Shown here piece by piece: positions 11,198 through 23,107 of a stretch of 64,000 nucleotides of DNA. Under the pieces are notes generated by a model, which saw only the letters and a list, made by a program, of their open reading frames with translations, made no database searches and was not told the origin of the DNA. A program made the position numbers and the translations under genes. The DNA is from Prasinococcaceae sp. CCMP 1430. Its lineage: Eukaryota; Plantae; Prasinodermophyta. The stretch covers positions 9,616-73,615 of the forward strand of contig RQSC01000116.1 of assembly GCA_013416795.1 (NCBI GenBank), in the 5' to 3' direction. Positions within the stretch are counted from its first letter, which is position 1. Each line of letters starts with the position of its first letter.

Positions 11198-12332
11198 TCA
11201 AACGCACGGGAACTCTGTCTTGCCCACCAGCTTCGTACAGTCACCAATCACGCCGCAGTAGCCGACCTTCGGGATGCCTGGCAATCCTGGCGCCGAGAGG
11301 TCACCCTCTTGGCCCTTGAGGCCAACGTAAAGCGGATTGTCGGACGAAACCTGCGTTGCGGCGCGCATGCCATCACGACAGCAGCGACCGGGCGGTGTCA
11401 GCGACTCGACCACGGCCCGCAGCTCAGTCCGCGCTATCCGGACGCCCTCCCCGCGTTCATCGCAGCGACAGTGCGGTTTGATTGGAGCGATCCCTTCGTG
11501 CGCCCATCCCCGGCGCGCGCGTGCGCCTTGGCTGCGCGCGCGCGCGCGCGCGCGCGCGCGCGCCTAACGCGCGCCCCCCCCAAAAAAAAAAGGCCGAGCG
11601 CGGCCGCCGGAAATATCGCGCGCGCGCCCCGCCGGCCCGCGCGCGCGCGCAGCCGTTCTGACCTCCCCCACGCCCAGCGCCTCAGCTCTCCCGTGGCTTT
11701 CCCTCACCTCTCCTCGTTCGCACCACCCTCCCGCCCCTCCGCGCCCACCCCCCTCCCCACCAGCGCGCTCGATTCCCATGGAAATGTCCCCACGGGCGAG
11801 CTCTTCGTTCGCGGGTCGGAGCGGTCGCGCGCGTACCTGAGAAATCCCGTTCGCGAGGCAAAACGCATGCGCGCGCGCCACTCCGCGCGCGCGCGCGCGG
11901 GGGGCTGGGTGGTCAGGGGGGAAAGGCGCCCGCCCGGGCGCGCGCGCCCCTTGGTCTCCCAGCGTTCGATTTTTTGTAACTTTTCCCGCGGCGCGCTCGT
12001 GCGTGCGCGCTCTCGCAGACACAACCTTGCGGCGCGCGGCGGGACACGGCTCTAGAGCGCAAGGTGAGAAAGCCGCGGCGCGGCGCGGCGTGAGCTGCAC
12101 CCCCGCGGCCAGAGGGCCTCTCCTCCCGCGCGCGCGCGCCGCGCCGCCGGCGGGCCGCGCCGCGGGCGCGACGCACATGCAGGAAGCGGATCTTGCTGGC
12201 GGGGTACTTGCCACCGGTCGCTTTCTCGACGCGCTTCTTCATCGCCTTGAACGATGTGCAGCCCTTGCAGTCGATCTCCTCGCCCGACATAAGGCGCACC
12301 TTGGTCGTGTTCGGCGTCAGCGGCGTCGCCAT
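11198..12332 (-). CDS. Small hypothetical spliced protein, possibly ubiquitin-like fold; internal exon structure unresolved
   Basis: Exon MATPL..KVRLMSGEEI..KKRVEKATGGKYPASKIRFLH ending at a GTGCGT donor; last exon VSSDNPLYVGLKG..FPCV after CTGAC..GCAG. Confidence 0.4.
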
Positions 12333-12882
12333 GGCGCGTGGCAAGGGAGGTATGGACTAGCGGTGGGAGGACGGGGCGAGTGCGGCGCAGCTCTCTCGCG
12401 CTGTGGTCGTCGGCGCGCGCCTGTTCCCCCGCGCATCGCGTAACGGCCGCCTGTGCCACTTCGCTGCGCCACCGAACCGCATGCGAAATCGCCATCAAAC
12501 CGTGCGACGGCCGCCGCGCCGCGCGCCGCGCCACAAATGCGCGACGCCGGTGCAGACTTTTCATTGACAGAGGTCTGCGCATTGCGTTTGATGTACAATG
12601 CAAACCCTTTTTGGATCTCATTTCAGAATGGGCTCATTTGATCAGAATTTTTCGTCGGGCTTTTAGGGTCAGGCACCGCAACCCCTTTGGAGCGTGGGAG
12701 GGGCCCTTATCCAAAGCACTCGCGGCAGCGCGCACGCGTGTGGCGCGCTCGCGTGCCGCTGCAGGCCGCTGCAGACGCAGCGGCAGCGTAGGCAGCCGAC
12801 GCCACAGCGATCGCGCGGGTGGGAAGGCGGGTAGGTGGGTGGGTGAGTGGGTGGATTGGTGGGTTCGCGGTCGTGCGGCGTG

Positions 12883-13941
12883 ATGGCAAGCGCTCCGGCT
12901 GAGGCGGCGGCGGCGGCGCGCCGCGCCCGCTGCGCCGCGGGCGGTGCGCCTGCGCAGCGACCGAGGCGGCGGCCGCAGCGGCGGGTGTGTGTGGCGGTGG
13001 GCGGCGGCGGAGACGAGAAGAGCGGCCTCCTGGGCCGTCGCGATCTTGGCGCTGCAACCGCCGCTGCGGCCGCCATCCTTGGGTCGCCGCGAAGCGCGCG
13101 CGCCGGCCTCCTGGGGCGTTCACCACCCCTCTCTGAGCGCTTGGCCGCCCAGGACCTTCCAAAGCCCTTCCTGCAGAGCTCTCGCCCGGGGCCAACAGAG
13201 TTTCCCGCCTGGCTCGAGGGCGACTGGGAGGCCACGCAGTTCTTCGATGGCTTCATCCTGCCGAACAAGTCAACGTTCGACACGCGGCAGCTCATGGCTG
13301 AGGACACAGTGCCGGGCTTCAAGGTCGCAACTATCGCTGCTCTCGCGGATGTGGGCTCCAAGGACGTCGCGTACCGCCTGCGCTTCATGCGCGATGCCAA
13401 AACGGGCAAAGTGGTCGAGGACTACCCCTTCAATATCAAGTCGACCATGGACTCGTACCTGCGCTCGCATTTCGGGAAAGATGCAGGATGGGCAGCAGTT
13501 GAGTCGGTTGAGACAGACGGCCCGAACCGCGTGACCATTCGCACGCGCCAAGGCGCCGCGCCCGGTGGCGCACGAATCGAGCTGTACCGCAACGCCAACG
13601 AAGTGGAAGAGCGCGCATCCGATGGCACGTTCTTCAACTCAACCACGCTTCGGCAAGTGAATCTCGACTACAGCACGACGGCAGGGGTGGCGGCGATGGG
13701 TGTCTATGACTACCAGCTAATCTACACATACACGCCACTGTATGATGGCGCGGACGACAGTAATCTCCCTGCGCGCGTGCGATCGACGCTCTCCGTCGCG
13801 GCGTACTTGCAAGCCAACACTGCCATGGCCTTCAGCACTTACAGCGGAAGCAACGTACCGCAGCTCGGCGGATTGATGGATGCAAGCAGCCTGCCAGTCA
13901 TCCTGTACTCAACGCACGCGGACATGACGCGTGTGCAATAG
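12883..13941 (+). CDS. Probable thylakoid-lumen protein (DUF6816-like)
   Basis: Transit peptide plus twin-Arg RRDLGAATAAAAAIL..ARA signal; FPAWLEGDW motif. Confidence 0.6.
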   Translation: MASAPAEAAAAARRARCAAGGAPAQRPRRRPQRRVCVAVGGGGDEKSGLLGRRDLGAATAAAAAILGSPRSARAGLLGRSPPLSERLAAQDLPKPFLQSSRPGPTEFPAWLEGDWEATQFFDGFILPNKSTFDTRQLMAEDTVPGFKVATIAALADVGSKDVAYRLRFMRDAKTGKVVEDYPFNIKSTMDSYLRSHFGKDAGWAAVESVETDGPNRVTIRTRQGAAPGGARIELYRNANEVEERASDGTFFNSTTLRQVNLDYSTTAGVAAMGVYDYQLIYTYTPLYDGADDSNLPARVRSTLSVAAYLQANTAMAFSTYSGSNVPQLGGLMDASSLPVILYSTHADMTRVQ

Positions 13942-14082
13942 CCATCGCTGTAACATAGTGTCATATGAGGCATTTACGATTCTCGGCCACCTGCGCGCGT
14001 GCGCGCACCCCGCGCAGGCACGAGCGCGCGAGCGCGTGTTGCGGAGGAAGCGGCTGCCGCGCGCCTATGCCCGCGTCGCGAC

Positions 14083-16337
14083 CTAGTCTGCCGCCTCATT
14101 TGAGCCGAAGTAGATAGGCAGCACGTCCGCCTTGTCGAAGCGCGTCCCGCACGCGGGACACTTGCGATTGCGCTGCTGGATGAGGCCGTCGACGCACTTC
14201 CTGGAGTACATGTGGCCGCACTTGATGAGACACACCTCCTTGTTCTCCGAGCGGATGATGGGGCACTTCACCTGGTCCTTGTACCACTTGAGCTGCTCTT
14301 GCAGGAGGCTGTTGCCGTCGCTCTCGGTCATGCGGCGCAACTTGTCCATCCTCTTGCGCAGGCGCTCGGCGTCCGCCTCGGCGGCCTCCTTAGCGGCGAC
14401 GGCGGCATCCACCCGGTGCTCCGCCTCAGCGATGGCCGCGCGCGCCGACTCGGCGCCCTTCTGCACCGACGTCAGGGTCATGCGCGCCTGTTCCGCGCGG
14501 CGCGCCGACTCAGCTGCCGCGCGCGACTCCGCCTCCACAGACGCCTGATGCTCCGCGAGCTTGCGCTCCGCCTCGGCGGCGCGCTTGAGCGCGTTCTGCA
14601 GCAAGGTCCTGGCGTCGAGCGACTCCTGGCGCGCGAGCTCGGCGCTGGCGCTCGCGTGCTGCGCCTGGCTAATGGCGCCGCGCTTTGCGTCCTCCGCGGC
14701 GGCCAGCAAGTTCTTCTCGCGCGCCTGCGCCGCGGACTGGTCGGCAAGGGCAGCCTCCCGCTCGGCGAGCTGCTTGGTGAGCGTCGTGACCTGCTCCTGC
14801 GCATCCTCGTAGAGCGAGCTCATGGTCTCAATCTCCTCCGCCAGTGCCTCCATCTCGGTGCCGAGCTCAGCCCCGCTGGCATCGGCGAGGCGCGCGCGCT
14901 CCTCAGCGGCCGCTGCGGTAGCCGTCGCCTCGTCAGCGCGCCGCCGCTCGCGCTCAAGCTCCGCCGCCGCGTCAGGCGACACCGCGGGCGCCTCCCTCGC
15001 GAGCGCCTCCTGCAGCCGAGCCACTGCGGGCTCGACACCCCCCCCGGCGGCGCTGCCGCTGCTGCTGCAAAGCGCCTCGCACACGAGCCGCAGCTCGGCA
15101 TTCTCGCGCGCTAGGGCGTCGGCGCCTGGCGGCGCCGCCGTGGCAGCCTCGAGCTCCTCCACACGCGCGTTGGCGAGGTGCATGGCCGTTGTCGCTTTCT
15201 CCGCCAGCACCTGCACCTCCTTGAGCGCCTCGATGGCCGCCTTGGCCTCGCCTGCCTTCGCGCGGAGCCGCTCCACCTCGGCCTTGGACGCCTCGAGCTC
15301 CTTGGCGAGTGAATCGGCCCTACTGGCGGCCGCTGCGCCGCCGCCTGCGCCCTTCTCGTGCTCGAGTTGAACGCGCAGCGTGTCGCGCTCACTCGTGCGG
15401 GTCATGAGCAGAGACTCCACCTCGTGCAGCCGGCGCTGGGCGAGCTGCTCGCCACGCTGTGCAAGCGTCACCTTGCCCGCCTCTGCCGTGAGCCGCGCGA
15501 CCTCCGCGTCGAGCTCTGCGTTCTTCAAGGCGGCAGCCTGAGCACGCGTCTGGGCCTCAGCCATGTCATGCTGCGCTTGCGCCACCTGCGCCCCGAGGGC
15601 ACGATACGCGTGGGTGTCGGCGACGTGCGACTCGTCCGCGAGGCTCGCCCTGAGGGTGGTGAGCTCGTTGCGCACCGACACGAGCTCCTTGCGAGACTCC
15701 TCGAGCGCAGCGTTCGCCTTGGCGTGGAGGCCGCGTTCCGCCTCGAGCTCCGCTTGCAGCTCCGCGTGCTGCGCGCGCGCGCGCGCGTCGTCTGTGCCGC
15801 TCGCCTCTTTTTTCACCGGTGTGGCCGACGCGCCCGGCCCTCCGTCCGTGCCCGCAGGGGCGGCGTCAGCGCCGTTCGTGGCCGCTGCAGAGCTGCCGCC
15901 ACGCGCGCGTAGGATGCCGAGCGCGCGGTTGGTCGAGCCAAGCTCAAGCTCGACGAGCTCGCGCGCCTCGGACTCCTTGGCCAGCAGACCCTGCAGCGTC
16001 GAGACCTTGTCAGCTAGTGCCTTGTTCGCCGCAAGCATCGCGCGACCATCGACGATGCTCTGCGCCGGCGCTGACGCGCCGCTGAGCGCCTCGAGCAGAG
16101 CGCGGCTCGTCTTCAGGACAGGCGCGAGGGCCTGCTGCACCTCCTTGTGCATCGCCTCGTCGTCTGCCGCGCGCTGCGCCTCGGCATCCGTCGCATTATC
16201 ATCCACGGTTGCGGGTTGCGTGGCCTCGTCGGCGGCCTTCAGCAGGCGCTCCGCCGCCTCGGACCCAGCGCTCCGCGCCCCCGCCGCGCCCGCGCCCTGC
16301 TTCGCGCCAAACGCGGCACAGTCGGAGTCGAGCTGGT
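14083..16337 (-). CDS. BRE1: E3 ubiquitin ligase BRE1/HUB1-like; 5' exons unresolved
   Basis: Long coiled coil, AEEIETMSSLYEDAQEQ, C-terminal RING KEVCLIKCGH..RNRKCPACGTRF. Confidence 0.85.
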
Positions 16338-17253
16338 AGGTCGCCGGTGCGCCGCAAGCGCGCAGACGTCAGCACGCGGGTAGCAGAGGCAGTTGAACGC
16401 CGGCGGGCGGGCAGCTGGCTAGCCGCGATTCTCGGGCGGGGGCTTGAGCTCCCGCAGGTGAGCTCGCACGCAGCGAACGGGCAGCGAGCGATCGGTCCGC
16501 ATAGTTGGGGCACGTGCGCGGCGGCCGGCGCCGACGCCGCTCGCCGGCGCGCCCCTTACCATCTCCCACTGCGACATCACCGCGCGCACGCGAACAGTTG
16601 CCGGTGATGCGTGCTCGCATGCTCGCCCAATCGCAAGTGGCGCCGCGGCGGCCGCCGCGGCCGCCGCCGCACGCGCGCGTGCGTCGCCATTAGGGTTCAC
16701 AACATCGAGGGTTTATGTCACATGCAATGTGATGTGGCGTGATGCCGCTTCCAGGCGAATCGCAGGAGATCCGCTCCGGCTCTGGCGGGTGGGTTTGGGT
16801 TTACGGTTTTAGAACTCTTGGGCGGGAAAGAGGCGCCCGTGCCGAGATGGGATCGGAAGAAGGGCGCTCCCCCGCAGCGCCGCGTTGTACGGAAGCTCTT
16901 CCGAAATTTTCCACTGGCGTTTTTTATTGGTGGCGGGTGTGGCGGACAGCCTGCTGCGGGGGACCGCGCGGGCGGCAGGGGCGCGGCGGCAGCGCCGTGC
17001 GCCGCGCGGCGCCGCAGGGAAGGCCTGGTGGCGGGGGCGGGGCGAAGGGCCTGGTGGACAGGGGCCGGTGAAAGTGGGGGGAAGGGGGGACTGCCGCTGA
17101 GCTGTATGCGCAGGCGCGCACCGCGCGCGACTGGGAGCGTAGGCGTGGGACAAAAATGGTGGCGCGCACGGGCGGATGCGGCGCCTTTGATTACCCGGCC
17201 TGGCCGGCAAGCGTGGCGCTCGTCGCGAACGCGGGGAGCACGCCTGTGCGCGC

Positions 17254-17731
17254 TCACTTGGGCACGATGTTCATCTCCGTGACCGCTGCGAAGAGTCGCG
17301 GGCGAGAGGGGGTGGCGGCGGCGCGCCCGCACGTGTCAGCGCCGCACCTGCAGCGCAGCGCGCAATATCGCGACCGCAGGCCAACCCTAACTGTCCAGCG
17401 CCCACAGCACCGCAGACGCCAGCCCGAGCAGCGCCACGCCGTCCAAGCGCTCCCAAATCGCTCACGGCACGCAGTCCTAGCGCTACAGCTGCCGTGCGCC
17501 CGCTCGCCTGCTCGCGCCCCACCCTCACCCCCCACCCACCCTCCCCGGCACGCGCGACGCACTCGTGTCCGCGGGCTTGCCGCCCTCCCACCTCGAGCTC
17601 TTGAAGTACACCTGCTCGCGCGGCTTCGCGGCGCTCTTGAAGGGCTCCTTGAGCGCGTCGCGCACGAGCTGCGCGCACTTGTTGGCGTAGCCCACATAGC
17701 TCATCCCCGCGGCGCGCCAGTAGGCCGACAT
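17254..17731 (-). CDS. ATP5E: Mitochondrial ATP synthase subunit epsilon; intron 17286-17562
   Basis: MSAYWRAAGMSYVGYANKCAQLVRDALKEP signature; spliced tail TTVTEMNIVPK. Confidence 0.92.
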
Positions 17732-18100
17732 GGTGGGCGGCGCCAGGCGTGCGTCTCGCGCGCGCTGTGCCCCCCGGGCCGCTGGGGGCCGCATCCCGTC
17801 CTCGCGCGATCGCTCGTCCGCCTGTTGCTGCGCGCAAAGCGGCCCCCAACAGGCCCAATGTGGATTCCATGAGTGACTTCAATTCCAAATTATCAGAATC
17901 CATCTCAAACTGCGTGGAAAAGTATGGAATCCAAAGTTCTACGGAATCCGCATGGCGCAGCCGGGCATCTCGAGAGAGATCTTTGTGCGCGCGGCGACGC
18001 CCCGAGTCACTGTGCGCGCGCGCGGCGGCCGCGTGCCTGCCTGCCTACCCGCGCACCCGTTTCCCACTCCGACCCCGAGCCCAGTGCCTCCGCCGCAGCC

Positions 18101-18654
18101 ATGGGCCGCCGCCGCGGTGGCGCCGCCACCCGCGCCCGACATTGCTCGCCGCCACGCCATCCAGCGCCCGCGCGCCGCCTCCGGCGCGGACGCAGGGCGC
18201 ACCTCCGCCCGCGCGCCAGCAGCAGTCGTTCGGCGGCGGCCTGATGAGCGGCCTTATGGGCACCGTCGCGCAGGGCATGGCATTCGGCGCCGGCAGTGAG
18301 GTCGCCCACCAGGGCGTGCGCTCGATGATGGGTGGCAGCAGCGGCCACGCGCCCGCACCCGAAGCGGCCGCTTCCGCCCCGGCCCCTGTCGCGGACGCGT
18401 GCGCGCCATCGATGCAGGTACGCCAGCGAGCGCCCCAGGGCTCATGCCCGAGCACCCTGCGCCTGCAGTGCGCGCCAGCGCGGTGGACAGCTTGACACGC
18501 CCGTCTTTGACGCTGACGCGATTCGCGCTGTGCTGGTGCCACGCGACCGCCCTCACAGGCCTTCAACAACTGCATCCAGGCCAACCCCAATGACATTCAG
18601 GCGTGCCAGTTCTACATGGACGCGCTCAAGATGTGCAAGGAGGGCAACTTCTGA
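18101..18654 (+). CDS. CHCH-domain protein (CHCHD2/Mix17-like); intron 18418-18558; 5' frame unclear
   Basis: GLMGTVAQGMAFGAGSEVAH and twin CX9C (C..MQAFNNC..ACQFYMDALKMC). Confidence 0.85.
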
Positions 18655-19382
18655 GTCTTGATGAACTCACCCAAATTTTTGGCGGAGCTGGCTGGGCCCA
18701 TTTCACGCCCGTGCCAGTCACTGGCTGTACCAGCCCTGTGGCTGCGTCTTCGCGACGTCCCTGCTCACAACGGGTGCGCAGCGACTAATGTAAGCGAACC
18801 CCGACGTGTTTGCTGGCAGTGGCCTGCGCCCGCGGCGCGCCTGTGTGGCTCGCTCGCACGCGCGTGCGAGCGAGCGAGCGAAGGTGTCCACACGTGAATT
18901 TACAGCGGCCGCTGAGCCCGCAGCCTGCGCGGCTGCGGCGCCCGTGTTGAAGTGCGCCACGTCCCCTTCCTCATCGTCGCCCCGTTGCTCCTCCTCCACG
19001 GAACAGGCGTCCCCGGACGTCGTGGCCGAAGGGACTTCCATCGTTGCCTTCCACACGATTCCCGCTGATCGAACGTTTCCCACGTTTTTCCTCGATTTGT
19101 CGGGCAGAGTCGAGTTTTGACGATCACTTTTTTTGTTTTCCTCTTGGCGCTGAGCGGGCGCCGCAGGCAGCGCGAGGTGTGTGACCGGACGCGGCCGCCG
19201 GCGCCACACGGCGTGCTCGCACTGCGTGGCGCGCGATCTCGGCCTGCCTGGCTGCTGCGGAGAAGGGGTGGGGGAAGAGATCCAGGCGAGGATCTCGGCG
19301 AGGCGGGACGAGTGCGCTGGAGGGGGGGGGGAGAGAGGGGAGAGTAGAAGGGCACGCGCGCCGTCGCGCGCGTGCGCCGCGG

Positions 19383-20330
19383 ATGGAGGGTGGAATGGAC
19401 GTCGACGCTGCCAGCGCGGCGCCGCCGGCGGAGGACACGGCGGCGATGCTGGCGCCGCAAGCGGATGCAGGGGCGGCGGCTGGCGAACAGCAGCAGAGCG
19501 GTGCGTTGGTCGCTTGCAGGCAGCGGGCACGCGGCGCGCGAGGGGGGATGGGGGCGGAGAGGCTTGGGCCGGACCGTCGGCACTCGCTCTCTTTTTGTGT
19601 CCGGACGCGAGCAGCTGCGCGCGTTTGGCCGCATCGATCGCTTGCGCGCTTTGATGCGAGTGCTACGCTGGTGCTGTGCGTGCCCGCGCCCATCGCTGAC
19701 TGCGCCGGCTCGCCGTCGCAGATCCCACGCGCGCATGCTGCCTGAAGCTTCTCGTCGGCAACTCGGCCGTCGGATCGATCATCGGCAAGGGCGGCGCGAC
19801 GATCAACGAGTTTCAGCAGCACAGCGGGGCGCGCCTGCAGCTCAGCCGCAACCACGAGACCTTCCCGGGCTCGACGGACCGCATCGTGCTGATCACCGGC
19901 GAAATCAACTCGATTCTGACGGCGCTACACCTCATCACTACCAAGCTGCGCGCAGACGAGCAGACGGCTATCGCGGCTGGCATGGGCGCTAGCGTGGCGG
20001 GCGCCGATGGCGACGTGGCAACGAACGTGCAGATGCGGGTCGTGGTACCCAACCAGGCGTGCGGGGCGGTGATCGGGCGCAACGGTGCGACCATCAAGGC
20101 CATTGTCGACGACAGCGGCGCCATCGTCAAGGCGAGCTCCACTGATGCCACTCCGCCGGGCATCACAGACCGCATCATCACCGTGTCGGGCGAGCTGCAC
20201 CAGGTCATGCGGGCCGTCTGCCTTATCATGCAGAAGTGCTCGGAGGAGCGCTCCTACCACACCTTCGGAAACCAGGTGTACACGTATCACGGGCAGCAGG
20301 CGCAAGTGCCCGCCCTAGGCATGGGCGGGC

Positions 20331-20361
<31 letters not shown>

Positions 20362-20752
20362 TGGCGGCATGCCGATGGGAATGCCGATGGGTGGCATGGG
20401 CAGCACCGCGGCGCAGCTGCAGACGACCATGACAGTGGGAGTGCCGGACGAGCACATCGGCGCGGTCGTTGGCAAAGGCGGCAAGGCAATCACTGAGATT
20501 CAGGTGCAGACTGGCGTGCGCATCAAGATAAGCGATCGCGGCGACTTCCTCTCTGGCACGAGGAGCCGCAAGGTGACCATTGCGGGCACCACGGAGGGCT
20601 GCCAGGTCGCGCACTACATGATCTGCCAGAAGGTGAATCAGAACGTGCAGGACATCGCCGCTCGCAGAGGGCCAAAGCCTGCTGGTTCCGGCCGCGGCCC
20701 CGCGTTCGCGCAAACATACAACTCGGCCGGCTCAGTGGGCGGCGAATCGTGA
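19383..20752 (+). CDS. Triple KH-domain RNA-binding protein (BTR1/Nova-like); intron 19501-19721
   Basis: Three GxxG loops: IIGKGGATI, VIGRNGATI, VVGKGGKAI. Confidence 0.9.
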
Positions 20753-21415
20753 GCGTCCCCGCCGGGGACAAGTGCTCCCATCGAGCTGCACACAGAACGA
20801 AACGATAGCCAGCATGCACGCACATACATGTGCCGCTCAGGCGGCCTCCACCGCCCGCCGTCTCAGCAGCCGTCCGAAACGCCGCCTTCAATACGCCGCT
20901 ATGACAAGACTGACGACCCGTCGCCCCCGCTCGACAGGACCCGCCCCCCATGGTCGAAACCACCTCCCTCCTCCAGCCCTTCCTCTCGACACTACTACAC
21001 ACTGTACGCACGCGCACTCAACGCGTCTCTCGCCCCCTCGTTAAGACACCCGCACACATACTGTAGGACTTGTATGAACCTTCTTTCACACCGCTCAAAG
21101 GTCTCTCGCGCCGGCTTTGTCGAGGCCTGTTGTCCCGACCACGCGACTCCATGTGCCGTCGGGCGGTATGGTACTGTAGGACATGCGAGCTCTCATTCAC
21201 GTTCCCGCTGCGGGCGCCGCCCGCGGGGACGCCCCTCCTTTTTTTTTTTTTTTTGCTGCTGCGCGCGAATGCCGGCGCAAAAAAAAAAGCAGTCAAAGCG
21301 CGCTCGCGCGCAGCGCAGCACCAGACCGCCGCGGCGGACACACCGCGCGTCGCACGCGCCGCGCCCGCACGCGACGCGCGTGCGCGCGCCGCGCCGCCGC
21401 GCCGCGCCCGCCGCA

Positions 21416-23011
21416 ATGGGCCCCAAAGGGCCGAAGCGCCGCATTAACCAGGCCACCTTCGACGATGCCGTGAAGGAGAACATGGAGGAGTTCGAGATGG
21501 ATGCGGACGAGGCGGTCGCGTCGGCGATCGAGGAGTTCGAGATGCAGGGCGTCGACCTCACGGGCATCATCAAGGTTGCGGGCGCCAAGATGGATGGTGA
21601 GCGTGCGCCCGCGCGCGCTCGAGGGGTTGAGTCGGTCGGAGATGGCGCTCGCAGGCGCCGTAGGCGTGCCCGCTCTTTCCCCCCAACATACATTGCACAA
21701 GCGCGAACATGCATCCGCCCGGTGCATGCCATCGCTGACGACGTCGCGCGGCGCGGTGCAGAGCACCCGGCGGTGGTGGCAGTGCGCGCGATGGAGGCAG
21801 CGCTCTCGGATGGCACGGGCGAGGGTGGGAGCGAGGACTTCCTGGAGCAGCTAGCCACGCACGGCGAGGCTGTCGCTGCCGCGCTCGACGAGGATGCCGC
21901 AGAGAATGGCTGCATCGCCGCCAAATTCGGTGCTGTCGAGGCCGTCATCGCCAGCTGCGGCGCGCTGAAGGCCGATGCCAAGCGCCTGCCGCGCGCGCTG
22001 TCATCGCTGTGCGTGCTCATGCGATCGCATGGCGACGCGCGCTCCAAGTTCGTTCCGGCGGGCGGCGCGCACGTGCTGTGCGGCCTGCTCTCGGCGCACG
22101 CCGCATCGGCGCCAACCGCCGCATCCGTCGCCGGCGCGATCGGTACCGCGTGCACCAAGAGCGAGCGCAACAAGCTGGCATGCGTCGAGGCCGGTGCGGA
22201 CCAGTTGTTGGTCAACATGCTCGAGGACCATGCGACGCACGGTGCCGCGCTCGCCGGTGCATGCGCGGGCATCCGTGCGCTCTGCACGGGCGACGGCGAG
22301 CTCAATGTCGATGAAATCGCGAGCAAGGCCTTCGACAACGCGCGCAAGATCGCCAAGCTGGGCGCGCCCAAGCTGCTGCTCGAGGGCACCTTGGCACACG
22401 CGGCGGCCGCTGGTGAGGACGTAGTAGCGGTTGATGCTGCGTCCGCGTGCGCCGACGCGCTGCGCGCGGTGTCGGTCAACGACGAAATCTGCTCGCGTGT
22501 TGGCGGTGAGATGCGCGGCATGGCATCCCTCATAGCACTCCTCGGCGAGCCAGCCGCGCAGACGAACGCAGCGCTCGCCAAGGCCGTCGCGGGGACATTG
22601 CGCGCGCTTTGTGCTGCTGACGACAACAAGTCGCGGTTCTCGGAGCATGGCGGCTGCGAGACGATCGTCGGCATCATGCGTGCGCACGCGGCCGCGGTGG
22701 GCGTGCAGGAGGTCTCGCTGGGCTGCCTCGCCGCGGCGACGCTGCGCAATCCGGAGGGCGCTGTGGCAGCGGTGGAAGCCGGCGGCGCAGGCGCGGCGGT
22801 GGATGCCGCCGAGGCGCACCCCAAGAGCTCGGGTGTCTCGCGCCAACTCTGTCTCTTCGTTCGCAACGCCGTGTGCCGCACGCCCGAGACCAAGGCCGTC
22901 GTGCTTGAAACGGGAGTGGAGGCCAAGCTGCGGGACGCCCAAGAGCGCTGGCCCTCCAAGTGCGGCGACGTGGCGCACGCCGCGCTGCGCGACCTCGGCC
23001 TCGAGACGTAA
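21416..23011 (+). CDS. ARMC6: Armadillo repeat-containing protein 6; in-frame intron 21597-21761
   Basis: RRINQATFDDAVKENMEEFEM..QGVDL N-terminus, ARM repeats, AALRDLG C-terminus. Confidence 0.88.
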   Translation: MGPKGPKRRINQATFDDAVKENMEEFEMDADEAVASAIEEFEMQGVDLTGIIKVAGAKMDGERAPARARGVESVGDGARRRRRRARSFPPTYIAQARTCIRPVHAIADDVARRGAEHPAVVAVRAMEAALSDGTGEGGSEDFLEQLATHGEAVAAALDEDAAENGCIAAKFGAVEAVIASCGALKADAKRLPRALSSLCVLMRSHGDARSKFVPAGGAHVLCGLLSAHAASAPTAASVAGAIGTACTKSERNKLACVEAGADQLLVNMLEDHATHGAALAGACAGIRALCTGDGELNVDEIASKAFDNARKIAKLGAPKLLLEGTLAHAAAAGEDVVAVDAASACADALRAVSVNDEICSRVGGEMRGMASLIALLGEPAAQTNAALAKAVAGTLRALCAADDNKSRFSEHGGCETIVGIMRAHAAAVGVQEVSLGCLAAATLRNPEGAVAAVEAGGAGAAVDAAEAHPKSSGVSRQLCLFVRNAVCRTPETKAVVLETGVEAKLRDAQERWPSKCGDVAHAALRDLGLET

Positions 23012-23107
23012 GCGAGGAATCTTTGACGCACGGGCTGTCGCGTACAGAAAATGGATTACATGCAAGCGCTCGCTCCGCGCACGACGTTGCCTTTTCGTCA
23101 TCACCCG

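Noticed and set aside
21193-23031. Long antisense and alternative-frame ORFs here and throughout the window
   Set aside because: Shadow ORFs caused by high GC content; Ala/Arg/Ser-rich with no motifs
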